From assembly GCA_965248755.1 (NCBI GenBank), contig OZ252149.1, forward strand, positions 416,001 through 480,000: 64,000 bases of DNA. The letters are read 5' to 3'. This document shows, piece by piece, positions 49,327 to 58,917 of the stretch (its first letter is position 1; the number at the start of each line of letters is the position of its first letter). This DNA is from Candidatus Latescibacterota bacterium. GTDB lineage: Bacteria; Latescibacterota; CBDEFO01. The notes under the pieces are model-generated. The model did not search any database and was not told where the DNA came from. It worked only from the letters and a program-made list of their open reading frames with translations. Both the position numbers and the translations under genes were made by a program.

Positions 49327-49746
49327 CATACCGTTCCCCTTCACAGAACGACAGATATTCTGTAAATCGGGGTTCGCGAAGGGCAAGATGTCAGCGCCAG
49401 AGCAGAAGACGGCTAGCGCTGGACAACGGTTCGATCTTTCTTTCTAGATCCTATTTGGTAAGTACCGAATATTAGGGGTTTGTCAAGAATATGTTCCGAG
49501 CGGAAAGGCCGATTGGAACGGTGTTGTAGAGCGTTTTTTCAGGACCCTCAAGCAAGAGTGTGTTTGACTTCACAGCTTCGAATCCTTTGAGCAAGCTGAG
49601 AAGATCATATCTCAGTGGATCGATAATTACGACAAGAACCGTCTTCATTCATCCCTGGGATACAAGACCCTGCAAGAATGGAGAAAACAATAATATCTGC
49701 TACCCCAAGTTGCTTAATCGGTGTCGCTTTCCAGGGGGGCAGTACA
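49327..49746 (+). mobile_element. Internally deleted, non-autonomous IS3 derivative (copy 3, 420 bp)
   Basis: Diverged left end CATACCGTTCCCC joined at GCGCTGGAC to the OrfB DNGS region; intact right end. Confidence 0.85.
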
Positions 49747-50447
49747 GCCACTATGTGGTTTCGCATGAACCAAATCACAAGAGGGGTAACAGAAATTACA
49801 CCAAAAACTATCGCATATTTGAATCTCTGCAGTAAAGGGGTCTTTGGCATGGAAGTAACGATTAAGACTAAACCCGTCATAATTATAGTAATTCCTATGT
49901 ATCTTTGAAGACAAGAAAGTGCTGCGATGGCTGAAAGTAAAAAGAGTAGGGATAATCGCTTCTCATTTAAAAACTGTGATATGTAAATGACAAATAAGAC
50001 GGCTAATAGTGTAAACAATGGTTCTGACATAGCCGTAGTGGAAACATGCAAAATTGGAACAGACAACAATATAGAGACTGTCCCACATATGAGAAGGCCT
50101 TTTGATCCTATTTGCCTCAGAAATAATTGTCCAGAGGTAAAAATAATCAACCCAAATACAAAAGCATTCAAGAATCTAACCCCTTCTACAAGTTCGACGC
50201 CTATTAAACCAAGAACAGCCAATACGGTTGGGAACAAGGGCGGCCAGCCTATAAATGGACTGCCATCATACAAAAAATATCCATTACCCGATAACAGGCT
50301 CCTTGCAGTAGATATGTAGGCCACAGAGTCTGAAGATATGCCTACTCCATATCGAGATGTGCTTAAAAGCACAAGTCCTATACCCACAACGCTTAGAATT
50401 ACCAAAGCTACCTGAATTTTGGCATTATTTTCAATGTCTTCGGACAT
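49747..50447 (-). pseudogene. GT-C (ArnT/PMT-like) membrane glycosyltransferase, 3'-truncated by IS copy 3
   Basis: DSVAYISTA..L..G.G, WPPLFP, SEPLF, LQRYIG, WFMRN, then reads into IS sequence. Confidence 0.7.
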
Positions 50448-50563
50448 CTTGTCTTTCTGAATTAGACAGATATTTTGCTCGGTCTAGTCCTCATGAAGCC
50501 CAGGGCTACGCGTCAGGTGAGACCAATACGATGTTCATAATGGAACTTTATATTTCCGTAAGA

Positions 50564-51403
50564 TCAATTATCTCTCTTTTCAGATGGTCTATTTTCATCT
50601 GACGCACATTCGCGCTCTTCCATCCTCAATTCCAGATATTTGACTCTTCCAACAAATTCGACGAAGGCACCGAAGATAGCGTAAATCAGTCCGGGAAGAC
50701 CGTCTTTGTATGCCTTTCGCAGCAAAAATCTCCTGCCGAACCATAATATAGGGTCCCAAAACAGGAATTTCAGAACGGAAAACGTACTTTCCAAATTCAA
50801 CTGGATGGGACGATTCCTCTTTGTCATCCCATCCACTTGCATCTGTTGCGCATCGAACGTTGTGTAGCCGTTGAACTTCTCAAAGTACCGCTCGATACTA
50901 GGAGAGCAGTGATATATCATTCCCTTGAGTATTCCAAACTCGCCGGATATGGCCGGACCTTCGTGGACAGATACTCTCTTCTCATCAAAATGAGCCTTTG
51001 CAGTGCGATAGAGACGGGGAGATGTTAATAACCATCCTCCGTGCCTTAAAGGGTGGTCCATGAAATGGGTCAGAATAGAGATGGAATACTTGTCGTATTG
51101 GGGATCATTGAAAACTGTCTCGACCATCTCCTCCCACGCACAATCCTCAATAACCTCGTCAGAATCGAGAAAAACTATCCAGTTATAGTTGGCCTTAGAG
51201 ATAGCAAAATTCCGCTGTCTGGAGAAGCCGAGCCATTCTTGCTGATATATCTTCGTCCGATATCGCTGGCATATCTCAAGCGTCCTGTCGGTGCTCAGAG
51301 AATCTATTATAACGATCTCATCGGCCTCTTTGACGCTCTCCAGACATATTTCTATAGTATCTTCGTTGTTCCTGGTCAGAACAAGCACTGATATACCCTG
51401 CAT
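50564..51403 (-). CDS. GT2-family glycosyltransferase
   Basis: ISVLVLTRN.E..I..CL.S, DS.STDRT, GFSRQRN, FLDSDE, VHE, DGLPG. Confidence 0.9.
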   Translation of the reverse strand: MQGISVLVLTRNNEDTIEICLESVKEADEIVIIDSLSTDRTLEICQRYRTKIYQQEWLGFSRQRNFAISKANYNWIVFLDSDEVIEDCAWEEMVETVFNDPQYDKYSISILTHFMDHPLRHGGWLLTSPRLYRTAKAHFDEKRVSVHEGPAISGEFGILKGMIYHCSPSIERYFEKFNGYTTFDAQQMQVDGMTKRNRPIQLNLESTFSVLKFLFWDPILWFGRRFLLRKAYKDGLPGLIYAIFGAFVEFVGRVKYLELRMEERECASDENRPSEKRDN

Positions 51404-51418
51404 AGCTTTGACCTTCTA

Positions 51419-51651
51419 CTATATGTATCCGATATCCTCAGGCGGAAGCTTACTAACTCTGTGGATCTGATCCTGGTTACGTTTGTTCTAAGTCGGAATA
51501 TGCAAAATGTCCAAAATAAACGTTGTCACATCTATGGCTCTGATCTGCTCAAGATACCTCCTACCGGAGATGAAAGATATATTATTCACTGTATGTAGCC
51601 CAAAGATTTCAGCCTTTGTATTGTTTCCTCATCGACACTAATTTCTTCCCT
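51419..51651 (-). pseudogene. Two remnant C-termini of sulfatase/alkaline-phosphatase-superfamily genes
   Basis: EEISVDEETIQRLKSLGYIQ* (51651-51586) and IRAIDVTTFILDILHIPT*...EDIGYI* (about 51580-51419). Confidence 0.55.
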
Positions 51652-51654
51652 ATC

Positions 51655-52267
51655 TGATGTTGACGTATACCCTCTCCTTGAAACGAAGATGCACCCAAAC
51701 CCGCCTGTGACCAAACACCTCTTCTTCGTCCAGTATCCCTCGAATACGAAAAGCAAGGGCTTCATCTACAACGGGCTCTTTGACCGAAGAACTGACACCT
51801 CTATCCTCAAGACTATATAGAGTCAAGCGATGTAACCCCAAAGCCAAAGCTACCACCTTGTGGGAATAGCCTCGACCCAAAAACCACCCACTCAAGGCAA
51901 CCACTTCGTTTTTTTTAGACGGGCTACCTCCTGGAGTATCTCCAACTGGAGCGTCAACTGACCTACCTTTCGCTCCAAACGGCTAACCTCCCGCTCCTTC
52001 GGATCCTTGTGACCACGCCGAGACTTCAGACGCTCATGGCCTCCGTCTAAGAAACTATCACGCCAAGCATACGCCTGCAACTGCCTAATTCCATTCTTCC
52101 GACACATTTCAGATACATCCACTCCTCTCAAAAGAGCCAACACAACCTACGACCTACGGGTCGCCTTCCAGCGCTTACCATCTTCACCTTGGAGCTTGAC
52201 ATCTTAACCTCCCTTCTCAAACCCCAATTTGCAAATTCTTTGTCGCCCTGTCAAGGGGAGCGGTATG
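51655..52267 (-). mobile_element. Degenerate, 3'-truncated IS3 copy 4 (inverted)
   Basis: Left end CATACCGCTCCCCTTGACAGGGCGACA on minus from 52267; OrfA and the OrfB N-terminus only. Confidence 0.88.
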
Positions 52268-52694
52268 CCGTTTATTATTTAGCGGTGACCCTGATCACAC
52301 CCTCTGGAGCTAACCGATTAAACAGAGCTATCTGAGAATATAATCTCTTCTTTTTTGACTGTCATTGACTTCAGCAGTTGATATTCAGCGGATCTTCAGG
52401 AAGGGACTCCAAAATAAGGTACGGCAGCCTATCTACGTGGCTTGAGAAGGACATCAAAAAGGTAAAGGATCACGTCACTCTTTTGAAGGGTTTTACAAAA
52501 GTTGGATCAGCTAAGTATCTGGTCAAGATAGTCTGGAGGTGATTATAAAGATCTAAAATAGTAAACAGCACACAAGGAAGGAGGTACCCTGTTTACTCAT
52601 CTGTGGGGTAAACATATATGTCAGATGAAGTCAGCAGATGTCAAGAATCTCTTCCGATTTTCCACCAAATCGCACATGTAGCTCCCATGTTCGG

Positions 52695-53906
52695 TTATTG
52701 CTGAAAGACCTGCTTAGCCCAATCTACTGATTCGAGATAAAGTTCAGGGGCTTCTGTCTCATCTGACTTGAGCTTGGTCGCACATTCGGAAAACCTATCC
52801 CAGTCCCCTCTTTCATAGGCCAAAACTGATTCATATACATCTCCAAAACGGTTCTCCCCACCCAACAAGGCGACCTTAATATCTTCGGATATCGGAAGCT
52901 CCTCTAAAATTTCAGAAATGGGTCGGTCAACAAGGGCGTCTATCAAGGAAAACATCCCCATCAGGAAGAGATCTGAACTCTGCTCTTTCATACGGAGCCC
53001 CGGGGCCATCAACTCGCAAAACCTGGCCCTGATGAGGGAATTCATCACCAACTCCGCCGGCTTATCGTCCCCCATGGCGCTCAGTGCGATAATAGATACC
53101 CACTTTTTGATTTCATCTTTACCCAAGATTATCAAAGCGTGCCTAATGGAGTTAACCTTGTTACGAAATCCAAAGGCGGCGGAATTGGTAAGTTTTAATA
53201 GCTTGTACGAAAGCGAAACCTCCCGTTTGACAATGTCATCCAAATGGTCAAATTCTAATTCTGGCCGGTGGATCTCCTGCAATATTTGGAGATAGTTGAG
53301 CTTGGAGCTGGGAATATCTTGGCCCGAGACGATAACAGGTTTACTAAAAAAATACCCCTGGAAGTAAGAATAACCCATCTCTAATGCCCGGTCGAATTCT
53401 TCTCTGGTCTCCACCTTCTCCGCCAGAAATTTGACTCCCCGGGAAATGAACTCTTGAACAAGCGATTTAATTTCTTCAACTTCTAAATTAATAAGTTCCA
53501 CCTTAATAATATCCGCCAATTCGATTAAGGGTTGAAACTTATCCTCGAAGACAAAATCATCCAGGACCAAAAGATAACCCAATTGCTTCAAACTCTTACA
53601 GGCGGCTATAACCTCTTCATCGGGTTCCACATTTTCCAGAATCTCCACCGCTACCAATTCTTTTGGTAAAGCACTGATAAACTCACCGACCAACAGATTG
53701 CGCGTAAAATTGATAAAAGCCATCTTACCCTCGGTAAGCTCATCCATACCGATCAAAAGAAAGCTGTTACTGATAACCCTTGACGAGGCTTGGTCGCCGT
53801 CCAGGTTCTCATAAAAGTTGTCAAGCCCGGAGCGAAATAATAGCTCATAAGCCCAGACCTCTAGTTTTTTATCGAAGATCGGCTGTCTGGCCACAAAAAC
53901 TTCCAT
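52695..53906 (-). CDS. EAL and HDOD domain protein (YuxH/PdeH-like c-di-GMP phosphodiesterase)
   Basis: FVARQPIF...AYELLFR, FINF, EILE, LDDF, LAEKVET, FQGYFF; HDOD LSYKLL..NS, GMFSL.DA. Confidence 0.92.
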   Translation of the reverse strand: MEVFVARQPIFDKKLEVWAYELLFRSGLDNFYENLDGDQASSRVISNSFLLIGMDELTEGKMAFINFTRNLLVGEFISALPKELVAVEILENVEPDEEVIAACKSLKQLGYLLVLDDFVFEDKFQPLIELADIIKVELINLEVEEIKSLVQEFISRGVKFLAEKVETREEFDRALEMGYSYFQGYFFSKPVIVSGQDIPSSKLNYLQILQEIHRPELEFDHLDDIVKREVSLSYKLLKLTNSAAFGFRNKVNSIRHALIILGKDEIKKWVSIIALSAMGDDKPAELVMNSLIRARFCELMAPGLRMKEQSSDLFLMGMFSLIDALVDRPISEILEELPISEDIKVALLGGENRFGDVYESVLAYERGDWDRFSECATKLKSDETEAPELYLESVDWAKQVFQQ

Positions 53907-54187
53907 AGCTAAACTCCCTGTGCTTCGTATAACAAGATTTTCCAGCAAGGCTTTCGGTGAACCCCAAGAGCACCAAATTAGAAAGCTAATATTAGGTATA
54001 AACATAACACACATAATCCACAAAGTCAAGTAAAAATACAATCTTCTATATCCTGATATTTTATAATATGATAGCTAAAGTCACATAGGTCTACACGTAC
54101 AGGCACCGTCTCTGCGTCCCTCTTGAATCAAGAGGACACTCTGGAAATCTGCGCATGTCCGCTCTGAAACGGGGCAAAAACATTCCC

Positions 54188-54216
54188 TTGACAACAACGG
54201 TTTTTTCCATTATCAT
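54188..54216 (+). promoter_or_regulatory. Putative sigma70 promoter of cadC-cadA
   Basis: TTGACA-17 bp-TATCAT. Confidence 0.65.
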
Positions 54217-54261
54217 ACGTATGAGGAAAGATCAATCTTAAAGATTGGAGTCCGTTATAAG

Positions 54262-54630
54262 ATGGATATAGTTGAGGACAAAGAGATAGATACTTGCGAT
54301 GTGGTGTTTGTGGACGAGGAGAAGATCAACAGCATAAGAGCCAATATGAAGTCCAAAGAGATAATAAACAGCCTCTCAGAGACGTTCAGTGTGCTGAGCG
54401 ACCCGACGAGACTGAAGATTGTGCTGGCTCTTTCCGATGCTGAACTCTGCGTCTGCGACATTGCGAACCTTTTGAGCATGAGCAATTCTGCCATATCACA
54501 TCAGTTGAGGATTCTGAGAAACCTCAGGCTAGTAAAGTATGAAAAAAGGGGTAAAATGGTCTATTACTCACTGGACGATTTCCACATCGAAAATTTGATA
54601 GGCGAGGGATTGAAACACGTGGAGGAGTAA
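54262..54630 (+). CDS. cadC: ArsR/SmtB-family metalloregulator (CadC/SmtB-like)
   Basis: N-terminal Cys, F..LSDPTRLKI, ELCVCDIA, SHQLR.LR, D.H...H..E alpha5 site. Confidence 0.88.
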   Translation: MDIVEDKEIDTCDVVFVDEEKINSIRANMKSKEIINSLSETFSVLSDPTRLKIVLALSDAELCVCDIANLLSMSNSAISHQLRILRNLRLVKYEKRGKMVYYSLDDFHIENLIGEGLKHVEE

Positions 54631-54646
54631 TTTTTTTGGAGTAACC

Positions 54647-54664
54647 ATTGAATAGTTGTTCAAT
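54647..54664. promoter_or_regulatory. ArsR/SmtB-type operator
   Basis: ATTGAA-TAGTTG-TTCAAT palindrome resembling CzrA/SmtB boxes. Confidence 0.55.
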
Positions 54665-54688
54665 TGATTGTATATGGAGAATGTTATT

Positions 54689-57055
54689 ATGTCTCTATCC
54701 GATGTCTGTGATTTGCGCCTTAAGATTAAGGATATGGACTGTCCGGCTTGCGCCTCAAAGATAGAGCGTGGTGTTTTGTCTTTGGATGGCGTCGAGACCG
54801 CCAGAGTCGATTTTGTGAAGGGAAGTCTAGTGGCGAAAATAGATGAGGCAAAAATCGATATAGCCAACATCGCCTTTCAGATCCAAAAGTTGGGTTACGA
54901 TGTGATTCAGGAGGGCGATTCTTCACAGAGTAGTAGCACCACAAATTCCGTATTTAAAGTTGAGGATATGGACTGTGCAGATGAGGCCTTTCTGATAGAG
55001 AGAAAATTGAAGTCTTTGGAAGGCGTAGAGGAATCTAGCTTCAATTTTGTGGCTCGGACGATGACGGTGAAGCACAAAATAAAGGATGAGGACATAGAAA
55101 GGGCTTTAGCTGAAATAGGTTTCCAGGCGACAGTTCAAAGTGATAAGGAAGATGAAGGAGCGTTTTGGGAGAAGCATAAAAAGACGGTTTTAACAATCGG
55201 ATCTGGGATATTTACCCTTTTGGGGTTTGCGCTTTGGTACTCCGGATTCGAAGAAAACATAGTTATTCCGATATATGTCCTGGCTATGACTTTGGGAGGA
55301 CTGCAAATTGCAAAGAAGGGATTGGCTGCGGTGAGGAATCTTTCATTGGATATGAACTTCCTTATGACAATCGCCGTGATAGGAGCCGCTGCAATAGGAG
55401 AATGGCTAGAGGGTGCGATGATTATATTCTTGTTCTCTTTAGCTCAGCTGCTTGAGATCCTCAGCATGGACAAAGCAAGAAATGCCATCGGTTCGCTGAT
55501 GGACCTTTCGCCGGCTGAGGCTACGGTCAAAAGAGACGGCGGGCAGATGAAGCTTGCAGTTGAGGACGTGCAGATAGAAGATGTAATGGTGGTAAAGCCC
55601 GGTGAGAAGATAGCCCTGGATGGAGTTGTTCTGTCTGGAACTTCAGCTGTGAATCAGGCACCGATGACGGGGGAGTCGATCCCTGTCGAGAAGTCAACGG
55701 GAGATGAAGTCTATGCGGGGACCATAAATGGAGGAGGATCCCTCGATGTTAAGGTAACTAAGCTATCGATGGATACGACCCTAAAAAGGATTATTCATAT
55801 GGTGGAGGAGGCGCAGAGCAGAAGGGCTCCATCTCAGAACTTCGTGGATAAGTTCACAAAGTATTACACTCCGACTGTGATAGCGGGGGCCGTAGGAGTG
55901 GCAACAGTACCCTGGCTCTTTTTCGAAGCACCTTTTGGACACTGGTTTTACAGGGCCTTGGTGCTTCTGGTTATATCGTGTCCGTGTGCCTTGGTGATCT
56001 CGACTCCGGTGTCAATAGTCTCAGGCATTATGAGCGCGGCAAAAAGAGGCGTGCTGATCAAGGGAGGGCTACATTTAGAGAACACAGGAACAATAAGGGC
56101 TTTAGCCTTTGACAAGACAGGTACACTGACCGAAGGAAGACCGTACGTAGACGAGATCATTTCGATAAATTCTTTCTCCCACAAGGAGATAATAGAGATC
56201 GCGGCTTCTGTGGAGTCGAGGTCTGAACATCACCTAGCACAGGCTATCGTAGAGAAGGGTAAAGAAATAGGCATAGACATTAAGGAGAGCAAAGATCTCC
56301 AGATCATATCGGGTATGGGGGTTCAAGCTGAAGTTAAGGGATGGGATAAAAAGGGGAAATTATTCATTGGAAATCACCGTCTTGTAGAGGAAAGAGGACT
56401 ATGTAGCCCTGAGATAGAGGCTCATTTAAATCGGTTGGAATCGGAGGGTAAGACAGCTGTGATTTTGGGAGATGAACAGGGTGTGATAGGGATTATGTCT
56501 ATTTCAGATAGGGTCAGAAAGGGGAGTAAGGAGGTTATAGAGGAACTCCACAAAAGCGGAATCCAAAAGATTATTATGCTGACAGGAGATAACAAAGGGA
56601 CCGCTGATGCCATCGCCAAAGAATTGGGGATAGATGAATATAAGGCTGAGCTTTTACCACAGGACAAGATGGATACGGTTGAACAGCTAAGAGCAAAGTA
56701 CGGAAAGGTGGCGATGGTCGGAGACGGCGTGAACGACGCTCCTGCTTTAGCGGCCTCGACCGTAGGGATAGCTATGGGAGCAATAGGGACAGATACGGCC
56801 TTAGAGACGGCTGATATAGCGCTCATGTCGGACGATCTTTCCAAACTGCCTTACACTGTGGAACTTTCAAGGAAGACAGTCACCACTATAAAGGAGAACA
56901 TATTCCTTTCGATTCTGATCAAAGTCCTCTTCTTGGCTCTTGCAATAGGCGGCATGGCCACCTTGTGGATGGCTGTAGCTGCGGATATGGGTGCGTCGCT
57001 CCTGGTGATCTTCAACGGCTTGAAAGTGCTTAGGTTTCGGGCTAAACAAGAGTAG
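54689..57055 (+). CDS. cadA: Zn/Cd/Pb-transporting P1B-2 ATPase with two N-terminal HMA domains
   Basis: MDCPAC and MDCADE HMA motifs, TGES, SCPCAL, DKTGTLT, SEHHL, GDGVNDAP, ADMG. Confidence 0.93.
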   Translation: MSLSDVCDLRLKIKDMDCPACASKIERGVLSLDGVETARVDFVKGSLVAKIDEAKIDIANIAFQIQKLGYDVIQEGDSSQSSSTTNSVFKVEDMDCADEAFLIERKLKSLEGVEESSFNFVARTMTVKHKIKDEDIERALAEIGFQATVQSDKEDEGAFWEKHKKTVLTIGSGIFTLLGFALWYSGFEENIVIPIYVLAMTLGGLQIAKKGLAAVRNLSLDMNFLMTIAVIGAAAIGEWLEGAMIIFLFSLAQLLEILSMDKARNAIGSLMDLSPAEATVKRDGGQMKLAVEDVQIEDVMVVKPGEKIALDGVVLSGTSAVNQAPMTGESIPVEKSTGDEVYAGTINGGGSLDVKVTKLSMDTTLKRIIHMVEEAQSRRAPSQNFVDKFTKYYTPTVIAGAVGVATVPWLFFEAPFGHWFYRALVLLVISCPCALVISTPVSIVSGIMSAAKRGVLIKGGLHLENTGTIRALAFDKTGTLTEGRPYVDEIISINSFSHKEIIEIAASVESRSEHHLAQAIVEKGKEIGIDIKESKDLQIISGMGVQAEVKGWDKKGKLFIGNHRLVEERGLCSPEIEAHLNRLESEGKTAVILGDEQGVIGIMSISDRVRKGSKEVIEELHKSGIQKIIMLTGDNKGTADAIAKELGIDEYKAELLPQDKMDTVEQLRAKYGKVAMVGDGVNDAPALAASTVGIAMGAIGTDTALETADIALMSDDLSKLPYTVELSRKTVTTIKENIFLSILIKVLFLALAIGGMATLWMAVAADMGASLLVIFNGLKVLRFRAKQE

Positions 57056-57309
57056 GAATTCTTTTTTGTTCGGCAAAGAAAGACCATGGTTTTGGCATAA
57101 GTAGTATTCGGAGCAAGGTGCTTGAAATGAAAACAAAGAAGTAGATTTCAACATCTGGTAAGTTCACTTAATCCACGAAGTCCTGAACCACCATCACTGA
57201 TCAAGATCGATCCCAGCGATCTGTTGTCCGCTACGCCTCCTGCCACACTCCGACCTATACACTCACAATTTCCATCGAGGAATGGACGGCATCGGCCCAT
57301 GCGCGGCAG

Positions 57310-57801
57310 ATTAGTCACGAGCCACGTTTTGAACCCGTTCTGTGTCGTTCTGACGTAAGATGCATTGGATCAGACTTTGGCCGTGAACGTGCGCGCGGTG
57401 ATGATTGTTTCACAGGTGGTGTCGCGAGGCATGATTGAACGAGGAAGGGGCGGTACAATTGTGAATATCTCCAGCCAGGCATATAAGGTCGCCCCACCCG
57501 ATCACACAACCTACTGTATATCAAAGGGCGCATTAGACCAGCTGACACGCATGATGGCTTTGGAACTTGGAAAGCACAACATCCGTGTCATCGCCCGAAT
57601 GCGACTCTGACGATGACGCCGATGGCCAAGATGGCTTGGAGCAATCCGGACAAATCGAAAGATATGCTCGCCAAAAGTCCCTTAGGTCACTTTGCAGAAC
57701 CGCAAGATGTGGCACGTACCGCAGTCTATTTACTCAGCGATCAGACAGATATGATCCACGGCGCTACCCTGCCGATAGACGGTGGATCCCTGTCCAACTA
57801 A
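57310..57801 (+). pseudogene. Frameshifted, 5'-truncated SDR (L-xylulose-reductase-like)
   Basis: [24 protein letters not shown], then a frameshift to MTPMAKMAWS..PLGHFAE..GATLPIDGG; no TGxxxGIG N-terminus. Confidence 0.75.
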
Positions 57802-58077
57802 CTCCGCACTGCAGTTGATCCGCATGAGATACATGGGCAGTCGAACCGGGGGCCATCTACTTACTCATTAACTCATCCCCTGGGTATGCTAGAACCACTC
57901 GAGGTGCACGTCCCGGGGCACGTATTTGTGGATGCAAACGACAACGAATAGTTTGATGCCGCGATCGCTGTCTTTGTGGTGCGCCTGTCACCCTGGTGAG
58001 AGGGTCTGTCGAACGAAGATAGATTGACGAGGGTGGTTGATGGGTCGCGGAACGACCCAGTCCGCTAGAAATCCGCC

Positions 58078-58866
58078 TCAGTCATCCTTTACAGGCATAT
58101 AATCTCTCTTGCGAATCATCCGTAAAACCCAATAAACGGTTACAGCAGCAAAGAGATGCTTTACAGTATGACCGCTCACTATCTCCTCTAAGGCGAAGAT
58201 CTGCCTATCCAGTATCTCACCTGTCTTTGCCAACGCGTAAAATGCCAATACTCCCCAAATATCTCCACCCCTGGTGTATTTAGGGGAGAAAAAGAATAAG
58301 AGTAAGGGAATAAGCAGCAAAGGATAGAATTGGACTAGGATGTAGGGACGCAGATCGCCGGCACCTGTTTGCTCGCTCATATGCCAATAAATCACACTGG
58401 AGGTGCCTAAAATCAACAGAGGGAGGAGTGAGAACAAGCCGGCTTTTAGGCTAATCCTTTCGGCTATGATTGACGTTAGGAAAGACATAAAGATAATGGC
58501 CATCGGCAGGCGGTCCCAGACCAGTCGTCCGTTGTTTGGCAACAGATGATAATAGGCCGATCCAAAGCCGGTGAGAAATGCCCCGAAGAAAAACCCCACA
58601 TAGGGCCAGTATACCCATCTATCAGCGGAGGTTTTGCGATCACTCGATAGAATTCGTCCCCATAGAAAACATAAACCGATCCCGCCGATTAAAACAAAGG
58701 GAGCATTGGAGACCACGTTGAAGAAATTAGGAAGGCCCCAAAAGGCACGTCGGTCAGCAAATTGGTGATATTCTGGGTCTTGAGGAATACGCGGCAGAGC
58801 TGCACCGCTCACTACAACTGCTAAACTCAGACCCCCTACCAACAGAAGCCATGTGCTACGATTCAT
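58078..58866 (-). CDS. Ceramidase-domain (CREST superfamily) membrane protein
   Basis: QDPEYHQFAD.R, NVVSN, GSAYYH, LVWDRLPM, GDLRPY, SGHT.KH. Confidence 0.85.
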   Translation of the reverse strand: MNRSTWLLLVGGLSLAVVVSGAALPRIPQDPEYHQFADRRAFWGLPNFFNVVSNAPFVLIGGIGLCFLWGRILSSDRKTSADRWVYWPYVGFFFGAFLTGFGSAYYHLLPNNGRLVWDRLPMAIIFMSFLTSIIAERISLKAGLFSLLPLLILGTSSVIYWHMSEQTGAGDLRPYILVQFYPLLLIPLLLFFFSPKYTRGGDIWGVLAFYALAKTGEILDRQIFALEEIVSGHTVKHLFAAVTVYWVLRMIRKRDYMPVKDD

Positions 58867-58917
58867 GCTTATTCATCCCCTTCAAGACCTCAGCCAAACC
58901 TGAGCGGAAAATTAAGA

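Noticed and set aside
57860..57975. PIN-toxin fragment (…VFVDANDNE*FDAAIA)
   Set aside because: Too short and interrupted by a stop to support without a search.
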